From assembly GCA_965153455.1 (NCBI GenBank), contig OZ234493.1, positions 8,422,213-8,486,212 of the forward strand: DNA of 64,000 nucleotides, written 5' to 3'. The stretch is from Sphagnum compactum (Eukaryota). Of the stretch, positions 39,301-50,790 are shown one piece after another. A model generated the notes under the pieces. It had not been told where the DNA came from. It made no database searches and saw only the letters and a list, made by a program, of their open reading frames with translations. Both the position numbers and the translations under genes were made by a program. Every line of letters starts with the position of its first letter. Positions within the stretch are counted from its first letter, which is position 1.

Positions 39301-41989
39301 GTCTTCAAATATTGGAGACTGGTTTTTCATGTTGGGTCTTTTCCAATTGAATTGACCTTGATAGTTCATTTTGTTCACTGGATCATTCGGTTGAAACTTT
39401 TTGTTTCCTGTGTGCAGGAGTTAGCCACTGTGGACATTGAAAGGGAGTTGGCTGAAAAGGAAGAGATACAGCTCAAACCAGAGGTTGAATATTCAGTCTC
39501 TGAGGAGATGCCCATCACGGATCTCATTGAGCTTCTTGCCAAGTTATCAACAGATGGCCATGTGGCAACTGATGGGACTGAGGCCTTGTTGGATTCTTAT
39601 AACCAACCAAATAGTCCACAGGGAACACAACCTGAAAACTTGGATGCAGCAACATCATCAGTCCCAGATCTTCCTGGTGGGAAAGACCCAACCAATTTAA
39701 AAGTAGGACCTGAGATCATTTTCAGCGAGACAGGGGATATAAATCTGCTGGATAAGGATTCTGAGGAGCATACGCTGGAAATTGAAATGGGGCAAACAGC
39801 ACAGGGTAGCAATGACTTCATACATAACTCATCAGCAATGGTGGATTACAATCTGTTAGAAGATATTAGCTCTAAAGGTGGTGGTAAGTCTTCTGTCTGG
39901 GCTTTGTGGCTGAAATGTCAATTTTGATTGTATGTTGATCATGAGTCATGGCCTTTTCTTGATTCATAATGTTGTGAGTTGATTGGTGCAGATGAGGGAG
40001 CTAGAAAGGCAGCTTTATCGAATATGGAGGAAACAGCAAAACCGGAGTCAAGTAAAGAAGTCATGTGTCAATCTGTGGATGCGATTTTTCCTTCAAGCAC
40101 GACAAATGGTGTTGATAACATTCAGGACAGCCACAAGTTTGCAACCAAAGTTGGTCACAGCTCAGAGATTGTGCATACTTCAAGTGCTGTAAGTAGAGAA
40201 GAGCAGGTTCTTGCTACCAGGGAAGGTACTGAGAACAGCTATGTGTGGTATGCCTGCTATGGTTCCAACATGTGGCTACCGCGGTTCATGTGCTACATTC
40301 AAGGTGGTCAGGTACATTGGAGAAAAAACCTCTCAAATCTATACAAAACCCAGACCTGAGTCTTTATGGATCCTCTGCCTTATTCCAACTTCGGAGACAT
40401 ATGTGCTTCAGAAATTTAAGATCATGTTTCACTATTCCAACTTCTGAGTTTTGATTCAGCATTACTGATGAAATGAACTTGATCAGACCACCAATTTTCT
40501 CCGAAGTCTTCTCTATGGTGGAAATTTGTTGAATAATTTGCCCTTTGGGGGTATAACAGGCTCAGTGCTGGAGGGAAGAACTCTTGACTGGCAAGACTTC
40601 TTTTCACTCTTCATACACAATTTCCAGTGTGGAACCTTCATCCATGTCTTGAGAGTCAGAGACCATGAATCAATCTGTATAGGACTAGTTTGGAAAATGA
40701 GAGAAAAGAAGAACCAGAAGATGAAATTTTCAGGATTAGGTAAAGATTGGGTAGTATGTCCAGCTATTATCAGGGAAAAATTTAAGCTGAGGCTGGTCTT
40801 TTGGAATGATGGTTGCAGGTAGAAGGAATGGTAGACTGTTGCATTGGATGCAGGGACCCATCTCCTCCCCTAGCATCCCTCTGGTTGACAATACCCAATC
40901 GACTGTTCTTTGGTCGCAACTACTCCTACACCTGGGGCATTGGAGGGGTTGCCTTCATTGACCCACTTCCTGAAGGGGATGTCAAATCCCATGTCCGAGC
41001 CTACAAAATCACGTAAGCCTGCAAAACCTCCAGATGTATTCCAATGCAATTGAACACCAGTAGTGATGGTTGAAGACAAAACAATATCTACAGAGACAAT
41101 TGAAGCCAGTATAGTCATCATATGTGGCATGTTGAGTGTGGGATTATGACGATGTCCTCATCTGCAACCTGAATGTCTGAGCCCCTCTCCTGTCATATCT
41201 TATGGAGGACAATGATGAGGCTTCAATGTTTCTGGCTGGATTGCTATGCTCTGTAATTTGTGGGGAGCAGTTTGGAGCAGTTCAAGGACATATTTCATCA
41301 AGAGAACTGCATTGAAGGCATTCCAAATCAGGAATTTCCCATAGATGCTAACCTCATTCAAAGTCTGAAGAATGGTCGGCCAGCAACATCTTACACCATT
41401 TTTGAGGTATCATTTTTATGACCTGGACATATGCTAGGTTGAAGACTTGTCTAAGGAAATTACCCTTCTTCTGTTTTATAATATTCAATGCAGGGGAATG
41501 TGATATGGTTCAACTTCATTCATCATTTGGAGGGCATCACTGCTGGACCAGGATGATCTTCTATTGGCTGGTTGCTTTTGTGCAGGATGGGTGGTATGGA
41601 ACTATCATATACTTGGGAGATCAGGATGGCCTGCCTATTCTCAGTTTCACGTATATCTCTTTTTCCTTATGCCAATGTTGTCTGTAACTAGGGAAATGGA
41701 ATATGTTATGATCATTTTATCTTGCACAATAGACAAAAATTTGCACAGTGAGAGAACAGTTTGATGCATTTGAAAATTTCCATGGATACTGATTCCCTCA
41801 GACAATATCAGGTGTTCTCTGGATGACATGGCAAAATTTAGATCTGGGGACCTTGATGTACATGGACCCTCAGCAGCATATGAGCAAGCTATTGTCCGAG
41901 GCTTGATTGAGAACATGGACCTCTCCAAGGAGCAAGCCCAAGACTACATTGTAGGTGCCAGGTGTCCAAATCCCACTCCTGGAATGTGA
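36181..41989 (+). CDS. HDA5: Class II histone deacetylase, HDA5-like, with C-terminal YGSN (GGCT-fold-like) domain; 14 exons, ~822 aa
   Basis: Exons: 36181-36323, 37082-37286, 37434-37580, 37728-37840, 38024-38235, 38434-38498, 38613-38786, 39208-39258, 39418-39883, 39992-40311, 40819-41012, 41271-41406, 41586-41650, 41812-41989; all GT-AG and in frame. Motifs [54 protein letters not shown]-terminal [23 protein letters not shown]...RLFFG...WGIGGVAF resembles angiosperm HDA5. Confidence 0.93.
36334..36362 (+). repeat. C29 homopolymer in HDA5 coding intron 1
   Basis: 29 consecutive C starting 10 nt after the donor site. Confidence 0.95.
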
Positions 41990-42977
41990 TTTTTTTCAAG
42001 TGGTGCCATAATTATGATTGCCATGCCCAACCATAGAGTTGATAGGAGGTTTTGTGGTTGTTCTCTGAGCCCATGTACATATATGCAGTGTGACAACGTG
42101 AATGTAACTTGGACCACCATGCCTAACAATACTTGATTTGATTTCCGAGTTGTCAATTCACATATTTACAAATCAATGAACTGTCAATTGAATTGGGTTA
42201 GAGCAAACCAGGGACTCCACACAATTGCTATTCTGCTGTTTAATTGTCGATCTGATTATTACTTTTGATTCGGCGTACACTAAAAGTTTTTTGGTTCATA
42301 ATTTGGAATAGTAGTTGTGTGGAATTTATTTTTTCATAGGTTCATATTATATGAATATGAATGTTGTCTGTTTAAATTATATATACATATATATAAAAGA
42401 TGCAAGATTTTATTATGGATAAAAATTTATTTTGTTTATTCATATTTTAAAATTATTTTAAATGCATGACATCTATATGTTTAAATAGTATGAATCTATG
42501 AAAAAATAGATTTTGTATTAAATGTTATTGTCAAATTATGACTAAAGAAGGGGTAAGGAAGGTGGGTTTAGGCTATTGTGGTATTTTCGAAGGAGAGAAC
42601 ATGACAACAAGTGAGTCCCATTTACAATTCAGATCACAAGATGATATGGGAAGACATAAATATCACAAGATCAAAGATGATACATATTGCGAACTCGTTT
42701 GTTGTCATGTTCTCCCCTTAAGAAATCATCATGCATCCCCCAACCTATTCACTTGCATTCATGTTACAAACCCATTGTCCATTGTATCTTTTACTGCAAA
42801 GTTAAAGGTTTTCCTATCCTTCAACTACTTCCAGCACTCACTTCTTTGTGTGGTTACATACTCAGTCTTCCCACTAACCCTAACCATTTGATGTGGCGGT
42901 AGGCATTTTCGGATGACCGAAATAGTCTGGATGCATTCACACCTTGAGTATATTTGGTAATCCGAGTCCTCTTGCCC

Positions 42978-43171
42978 GGCCACATGTTGCAGCTAGGTAC
43001 CTATCAAGGCCCATCCTCTCTAACAGTTAGTCCTTTAGGGAAAGCACCCAAGGCCATTTTTTTGCAGCTAGGGCCCCAGTTCCTACCTATCAGGGTCCCT
43101 TCTCTCCATAGTTTGTCCTTTAGGGGAAGCACCCAAGGCCAAGGCTGGCCACATGTAGCAGCTAGGTACCT
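42978..43171. repeat. Tandem-duplicated module (~2.3 units) upstream of ClpR1
   Basis: ggcca....tgcagctagg..tacctatca.gg..c...tctc....agtt.gtcctttaggg.aagcacccaa repeated. Confidence 0.8.
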
Positions 43172-43368
43172 TAGCTCACAGCAGCCGTAGCAGAAGCTTC
43201 TTGGGGCTTTGTGTTCTCTGAGCTTTCACATGGCCGCTCGCTGTGTGTATCTACATCTGTCAAGGATATTGAGGGGATTCTTTGGGTTTTGGAGTCTTTG
43301 GGAGTACCCAACAAGAAGAGCAGAAGGAAGTGGGGAGTGAGGAAACAAATTATAGAGGGGAGCACGAA

Positions 43369-45119
43369 ATGGCTATGTCCCTGACAGCTGCACAAGGCGT
43401 TGAAACAGCAGCGGCATCATCGGGTCTGGGGTTGAGTTTTGAGAAGCGGAATGCGGGACCCAAAAGATCATTTGCGTTGGGAGAGATGACTAGGATAATT
43501 GTTTCTGTAGATGGATTCTTCGGAGACACCCAATTCCTTGAGGCAAGAGGAAGAGGAGGAGGAGGAAGATACAGAACTAAGGTTAGGGTTAGTGGGAAGA
43601 CTGAGCGAGTGAATGGGGTGCGAGCTCGGAATTCTTCTTCATTTTCTTCTTTCGATCATATACCCAAGCATTTCAGGGGTGATCATCTGAAGGAATTAGG
43701 GTTGAATGAGAATTTTAAGAACGTGCCACGACATTTGTATGGGTTGAATCCCGCACAGATGGATATGTTTATGAACGAGGATAGTCCCATGAAGAGGCAG
43801 GCTGAGCGGGTCACTGAGAACTCTATCTCCTCAGCACAGAACTACAAAGAAGGTAACCTACAGCCGAAAAAATTCTTCCCCTTGTTGTTCTAAAGAGGGA
43901 GATTTCTCTAGCTCTTTTGTTTTTGGAGACAAACATTATTTTGTTGTCTTAGCCATTCAGAGGTTGCTTGTTAGTCTTCTCTGTCAGCAGTTTCTCTGTC
44001 AGTGTTTCAATATTCAATTGGATTCTATTAAGGTGTTTTCAGAACTTTTGTTGAATTCCGTGGAAATGATTGATTTGGCTCACAGTTGGACAGGAGTCTG
44101 GTTTTTGGAAAAACATTCATTATTATGGATTTTATGGGTTAGGGTTTGTGAATTGCAGATTTCATTGCCGGTTTTGTTGAGATGTAGCTGCTGAGGAAGC
44201 ATCAGGAAAGTTGCATTCAGCATGTGTCTCTATGCATTGGTTACTGCCCTGCTTTACTGTATAGTGCAAATTACAGAATCACTTCTGTGCTACCAGCTCC
44301 TTAAATACCTACTCATTGCTGCAATTTCTTTTTGGTGAAGGTACGGGGCTATGGAGTCTTACAGGTCTTGAGAATGCACCCTCAAGATTAAGTATGAGTG
44401 TAAGCATGTATCGTGGAGGGGGTGGATATGGCCGACCAAAAACTGCACCGCCTGATTTGCCATCCCTTCTTCTCGATTCCCGCATCTGCTATCTTGGCAT
44501 GCCCATTGTGCCTGCTGTCACAGAACTCATAATTGCAGAGCTCCTTTGGTTGGATTATGATAACCCTGGCAAGCCCATTTACTTTTACATAAATTCCCCT
44601 GGTACTCAAAATGATAAAAGGGAGAGCATTGGATTTGAGACTGAGGCATATGCAATTGCAGACACAATCGCTTATGTCAAGCCAAAGGTGTTCACTGTAA
44701 ATTGTGGTATGGCATTTGGTCAGGCAGCTATGCTTTTATCAATTGGGGACAAAGGCTACCGTGCAGTCCAACCAAATTCTGTAACTAAGTTGTACTCCCC
44801 AAAAGTGAATCAATCTAGTGGGGCTGCTATCGACATGTGGATCAAGGCTAAGGAGCTGGATGCAAATACTGATTACTATATTGATCTTTTGACAAAAGGT
44901 ACAGGGAAGCCACGCGAGGAAATTGCACATGATATTCAGAGGCCCAAGTATTTCAGGGCACAAGAAGCAATTGATTATGGCCTTGCTGACAAGGTCATTG
45001 AGAGCCGGGGTGTGGCAATGGAGAGAAGAAACTATGATGAGATGCTTGCACAGTCAAAAGCTGCACGACAACAGTATGCCAGGCCTGGGAGCCAGTCAGC
45101 TCCAGCTGGAGGTCGATAG
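43369..45119 (+). CDS. CLPR1: Plastid Clp protease non-catalytic subunit ClpR1; 2 exons, ~420 aa
   Basis: Exons 43369-43852 and 44341-45119. Transit-peptide-like N-terminus, ClpR1-type extension FDHIPKHFRG...QMDMFMNEDSP, SMSVSMYRGGG and PPDLPSLLLDSRICYLGMPIVPAVTEL. Catalytic Ser and His positions are substituted (MAFGQAA; TKLYSP), as expected for ClpR. Confidence 0.93.
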
Positions 45120-46547
45120 AATTTGTTGAAGCTGCCATAACAAGCATTTCAAGCTTGTTGATTTGAGTCATGTTGTCTGGTCTTTGTATGAAAGTCGGGA
45201 GACAGCCTGGAGCACAACCAACATGGGTGTATTGAGCAAGTTATGATTGAGGTCAGGTTGTATTGGATGCAACTAAAGAGTTGAGTCTGCTGTACACCTT
45301 TCTGCTGCATCAAATGTTTGTAATGTTTGAATTGATCACACTCCAGGTTGAGCTAGAACATCAAGCCATATGTGCAACAATTGATGGCCGACAGTAAGCA
45401 TCCAAATTCTGATGCTGATCTCTGCTCTGTGAAAATCTATAGACTGTACTATACACATGTCATGTTTATAGATTTCATGATTATGTTTCCTACACTGTCT
45501 TGCATAAATTCAGGTTCTCCTCTTACATAAACTTGGCCACAGTTCACCAACATTACATTGCATGTCTGGTGCAACCAAACAGAGGATATTTTGGTAGGCC
45601 TCTTAAAAGAGTCTCAACTTGCATTTCTGCATCACAACCTAAGACTGCTTTGATCCAAACACAAGGGACATACAAGCACTATTGATCAATTATCATGGTT
45701 GGTATGTCACCAAGAGCTTCCAATATGCACACTCTGCCAACAGCAGCTCGGTACTTGAGTTTTCCCAACTAGGATATTTGAGTAAATAGAAGATTTACAA
45801 AACCCAGAACTCATACAACTTGCACCAGATTCAGCATTGAGTTTTTCCTGCTGCAGTGTTCTGCAGCTGTCAACAAATTTCTCAAAATCCAAATCATTGA
45901 AATTTCCGCTTTTGAATTGGCAGCAGTGTGGCAACACCAACTAAAACCATGAGTCATTGAAAAAAACCCAACCAATCATGGCGGCTTAGCATTTTCAGCA
46001 CCAAGAAAACAAATGTGAAAACCAGATTAAGTGATCAGTTACAAAATCTGCTGCATTGGCACTCACTAATCAGATACAAATTTTCTTTTGAAGCCTTAGA
46101 ATGACAGAGAATCTTAAATGAAGTTGAAGAAATGCCTGCAAGAGCTTCAGTCACCAATAAAACCCCCCAAAAAAAATTTCCTCGTTGCTGATGATTGTAA
46201 ACAATTCAAATAAGTCGGTCACATTTTAATTATCACTTTGTCTATTCTTCCTGCTCCCCTCAAAAAAAAGTGTATGACAATTCTCTCCCCACTGACAACA
46301 ACAACCACCCCAAGGATTTAATAATCCAGAGGAAAAAGCCTTGAGAAACTCGTGCTTGATATGGCTGTGGCATCATCTAGAGGAAAAGCCTTGAGAACTT
46401 TGTGCTTGATATGGCATGAAGATCTTATGCTTTTCTCCCTCGATAAGAATCCATCTATCCTGAGACTTTCCCTCTGTCACAAAGACCAAAAGACTCTTTG
46501 GCTAATGAAAGGTGAAGAAGAGCTCCTTTACTTGACAGACAGACAAA

Positions 46548-47144
46548 TCAGAAAGCCAAGTATCTCCGTGAAAACTGCTTGGCACCTACCAAGCCTCCAG
46601 CAGCAATACCTCCCAGTGCTCCAGCTATGGCTGCAGTTCGAAAGCCAGCAGCTGCCTTGTATGCAGCCCCAGTGGCAAGGCCTGCCATGATGTTGTTGAG
46701 GATATCATCAGTGCCTCGCAAGTAGTAGGTTCCGGATTCCATCCCTGCATACAGAAGGCCCAGAATCCCGAACGTGTTGCCTGTGCTTCTACCCCTATGG
46801 CCTGAAGCATTCAACAACCTGTTGACACGGATCTTGAGCGTGTCTCCTTCTTCTCTGGACCTCAAACCCTCACCAAACCCTCTGATTCCTCCGAAAGCAG
46901 CCCCGGATAAGTACCCACAGCCTGTGTAGTATGTCAGATTCTCACTCAAGTTCCGTCTCTCTACTGCTGCCTCATCCGGAAACAGATGCTCTGGTTTCGT
47001 CGGCAGACGGTAGACGCTTTCTATAGACTTGAGATCCGCTGCTCCGTAAAGATCAGCGTATGGATTGTACAGCCGTCCTCCTCCCCCTGTATCCTCCGAG
47101 AAGACAGTTCCAGTTTGCGAACTTTGATTCTCGTCCTTCATCAT
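46548..47144 (-). CDS. TIM23: Mitochondrial inner membrane translocase subunit TIM23, intronless CDS, ~198 aa
   Basis: RLYNPYADL...VYRLPTKPEHLFPDEA...ENLTYYTGCGYLSGAAFGG...LKIRVNRLLNASGHRG...GLLYAGMES...AGLATGAAYKAAAG (plant Tim23 pattern). First in-frame ATG at 47144. Confidence 0.92.
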   Translation of the reverse strand: MMKDENQSSQTGTVFSEDTGGGGRLYNPYADLYGAADLKSIESVYRLPTKPEHLFPDEAAVERRNLSENLTYYTGCGYLSGAAFGGIRGFGEGLRSREEGDTLKIRVNRLLNASGHRGRSTGNTFGILGLLYAGMESGTYYLRGTDDILNNIMAGLATGAAYKAAAGFRTAAIAGALGGIAAGGLVGAKQFSRRYLAF

Positions 47145-47830
47145 CTTCTTCCCCTCCTTCTCCTCCTCGGAACTGACAAGCAGATGCGACTGGTGATGAT
47201 GTACCCTTGGATCTCTTGTTCCCCTGTTGAATCGTTTCCTCTCTCCGCGGCGGCGGCGGCGCCGGCAACCAACCGCGACCACCTCCGATCTGCCCCACAA
47301 AATCCCAGAGCTTTTACCACCTCTGAATCTCTTTCCTCTTCCTCCTCGAGCCTCTGTTCTTCACCACCCACGACTCTCAAATTGTCGTTGCAAGCTGATC
47401 AAACCCTAAAAATCGAATATCTGATCATGGGAAACTCCTCACAGAGACGCAGCAAACTCAAACCCGCAAATCTAATGTGTATACGTAAAAATGAAAGAGA
47501 GTGAAAAAGAATCTACAGAAGTTAAGGAAGAAGAAGCGTGTGGCAATAAACCCACTTGACGACGACGATACCACCAAACTACGTCAAACCTCTGCTGCAT
47601 ATGTGATTTCAAACCTAGAGGGAGAGAGAAGAAAAAACAACAAAACAAAACAACAGTGAGCGAGGTCGATCTTTTCGGTTTTTACCAAATGTAAATGGAC
47701 GGCCGTGACAGGAACCAGAGAGAAACGTATCGATCAAGGAAAAGGGACAAAGAAGTAGAGACGCCGAGCAGCAGCCGCCGTTTTCCCCGCCAAGGAAGCA
47801 CGGCATGCAGCAGAACGCGAGAGGTTGCAA

Positions 47831-47836
<6 letters not shown>

Positions 47837-47862
<26 letters not shown>
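47837..47862. repeat. (CT)n microsatellite upstream of TIM23
   Basis: About 13 CT units. Confidence 0.9.
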
Positions 47863-48239
47863 ACGGGCAGGAAAAAAGGAAAAGAGACGAGACGGGTGAC
47901 CCGGGGAAGCCCCGGCCCGGAGGGTGGGGTTTCCGGAAAGAGGAGTTTTTGGCCAGTCGAGTGTGCAAGTTGCGTGGCTGCCGCGTGTTCAGAAAAACTA
48001 ACTTATATTGCCCTTTTACTGGATTTATTTTTACATTATATCATTTTCACAAATGTTGAAATTTTCCACCCCCAACAAAAATAAATAAATAAATAATCAA
48101 AGAAAAAAAGAATTTCAAGCAAAATGTTGAATCTTCAAAGGAATATTCTACAAGGAAAAATCTCAAAATCAAAATTTCAAAATTAAATAATTATTTAACA
48201 GACATGTGTTGAACTCGTCCCGGAACTACTACTACGAAT

Positions 48240-48597
48240 GGGCCACAGTGAACGAGCACCAACAAGGCGTACCACGAAGGATGGATGATAAGTGGTCAGG
48301 AAACAGTTTTCTGTTGGGTTCCAGTTCGGTAGCTAACCATAGTGGTTAGCTCAGTTGGTAGGTTGTTAGTAGGTAGGTAGTAAAAATAGCTTTTATCTAT
48401 GTATAAACCATCTACTTACTTATTAGTTACCTATTTTCTTACCTATAATCTACCTAATACATGAGACGTATTTCTTACAGAATTGATTACCAAGGTTTGA
48501 ACCAAATATTAACTCAGTTGATGAGGTTCATCCACTACTGACTAATAACAGCCATCCAGTGGATGGTGCGCTGGTGGGTGCTGGTTCACCGTGGCCC
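48240..48597. mobile_element. MITE, ~358 bp, with ~35-45 bp imperfect TIRs starting GGGCC (PIF/Harbinger-like)
   Basis: Left gggccacagtgaacgagcaccaacaaggcgtacca versus reverse complement of the right end gggccacggtgaaccagcacccaccagcgcacca. No clean TSD. Confidence 0.75.
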
Positions 48598-48879
48598 AAA
48601 ACAATGTTAGTTTTCATGTGGTCCCCGCATTTTGAAAGAATGTTCACCAAAGTGTTAGGGCTACACTTGTGAAATTTTGAGTTCATTTTTCATGGAACAC
48701 TTCTTATTTTTTAACTCTTGTGGGTTTTGAACTTTGAACCAGTTGAACAAGTTGTTCAGTCTGTAAACCTGTCTTCACCCTGTCTTTGGACCTCCTTTCA
48801 CCCCCCCCTATCCCCTCTTTCAGTGGTATCCACAAAGTAAAGACATTTTAATGAATCTCAGTATGAAATGCTGATACTC

Positions 48880-49050
48880 AGCATTCAATGCACAAGGGTC
48901 GAGACTAATTATAGTAGTTGTACAGTTAGGAGCAGCGAAAATATATGTAGCAGCAGCACTGGAGGCGCTCAGGAAAACGGAAAGACGGGATGAAACTCAG
49001 TTTACCACCAAAATTGATGGTTTTCTGAGTTTCATCCCTCGTTGAATGCT
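48880..49050. mobile_element. Short dispersed element with 9-bp TIR and internal hairpin
   Basis: agcattcaa...ttgaatgct termini; perfect 14-bp stem 48987-49000/49025-49038; inverted copy at 62572-62715. Confidence 0.65.
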
Positions 49051-49679
49051 AATTTACTTTTTTGAAGGTTTTTTTTTCTAGTTCAGCCCTGACTCCTAGT
49101 GTAAGCCCTTGGGGGGCTGATTTCAACTTTTCCACCAATAGGAATGCTTGATTTGGGTTGGACATCGGCCCCAACTCCTCCTCGTGTAAAGTGGGCCTTA
49201 TTATACTAGTACCTAGTTTGTCATCCATTTTTCATCCAATCAAGTACTTTTCAATTGATTATAAATTCCAAAGATGATGATTCATTGGAGCTGGTAGGTA
49301 CCACCCTTCCTTATATTAGGGATGCCCATGGGTTACTAGTTACTTACTACCTTACCTACCAACTTGGGTACCTAGCATAGAAGAAGAATCTAGACTCTCA
49401 AAGAAAGGCTACAGGTAAGGTGATTACTTATTGGGTTATGTACTCTTTTTTACTATGTGTATGTTGATTTTTTTTCCACTTGGATACTTGCTAAAAATGG
49501 TCATGATGTGGGCCATCACAAATATGTGACAATATTTTGGCAAATTGTTTGGTTATCAAATTGTATGTGCAAGTGACCCAAGTAAGATTTTTTCTTTTTT
49601 TTTGTTTTGACATTAGAATTCATCATGTAGGCTTGGAGTTTCACCATTTCATAAGATTAGGGTTATTAGCAAACATCTT

Positions 49680-50790
49680 GGGTGGTTGATACCAAAAGTG
49701 ATGGCGACATCTTATGCAATAGTAGCATTAGTAAATATCATGAGAAGCTTTTTACTTATTGGATTACATGTTCTTCTCTATTGTGTGTATGTTGATTTAT
49801 TTTTTTTTCACATGATTACTTGTTGAAAATTAAATCTTGATCCAAGAGTACTTGACAAATGGTGGATATGTGTATTATTTGAATTTTCTAGATTAACATA
49901 AATGTTGAACTTCCTAGAAATGTTATTCAAAGATGATGAGTCTCATCGTGAACATTTTTGGTTTGATTACTTCTTTATAGAACAAAGTTCAATTAAAGTG
50001 ATATTGTCCAGACACATTTGTTTTTCTTGTTTACTTTTAGTGTAATTTACATGTACTTGTAAGTTGTAAGTTATGTTTTCTTTACAATTTATGCTAATTT
50101 ATTTTGTGTGATGTGAGTACTAAGGATCAACAATTTGTTGATATGTTGTCAACAACACATGTTTTATCAATGATAGGCGACAAGACATAAAAATGGGTCC
50201 CTACTTTCTAGGACCATGATTTTTGTTGCATTGCCTTTTTTTTTTTTCCCCCGCAAAGGGTGTGCACCATTATTGGAAACTAGAAGATAAAACTTGAATG
50301 TGTAGCAACAAAAGTTCTTGAACTTCAACAATTTTTTTGGATATTTGCATAAGATCAAACCAAGTCTTCTACATGGTGATCTTTGGGTAAATTATCTATT
50401 CATGCTTGTTGATGATTTTTTTGGAATTTTGAATTGGAAATGGCAACACTAAAAATCTGGTTGTTGTAATAGAAAAGTACATTTGACATTATTTAAAGCA
50501 AATATATTGGAATTTTTTTTTGGATATGGAAAGTCCAATAGGGGTTAGGTTGTGTTTGTGGTTGTGATTTTGCTATAATTATTTATTGAAGTGCAATTTG
50601 TGTGTTTAAATGTGGCAAGTGGATGAAAATATGAACGTTATGGGATGTTGTTAGAATCGTTACTTGTGAATGCAACTTGCAGTGGCAATTGCAGGTATTA
50701 AAAGAGGTATATTGTTTCTTAAATTTCAATTGTATAAAAAGTTGGTTTAGCATTTGCAATTGTTAACAATAAATTGAACTCAAAATGTGA
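49680..50790 (+). pseudogene. Probable decayed fructosamine/ketosamine-3-kinase gene fragments
   Basis: KIKPSLLHGDLW at 50351-50386 followed by a GT donor. Weaker remnants IPKVMA (~49690) and SGN (~50681). Stops and frameshifts throughout. Confidence 0.5.

Noticed and set aside
47145-47300. 52-aa Arg-rich N-terminal extension of TIM23 in the ORF track
   Set aside because: It depends on a non-ATG start; the first ATG at 47144 gives a normal-length Tim23.
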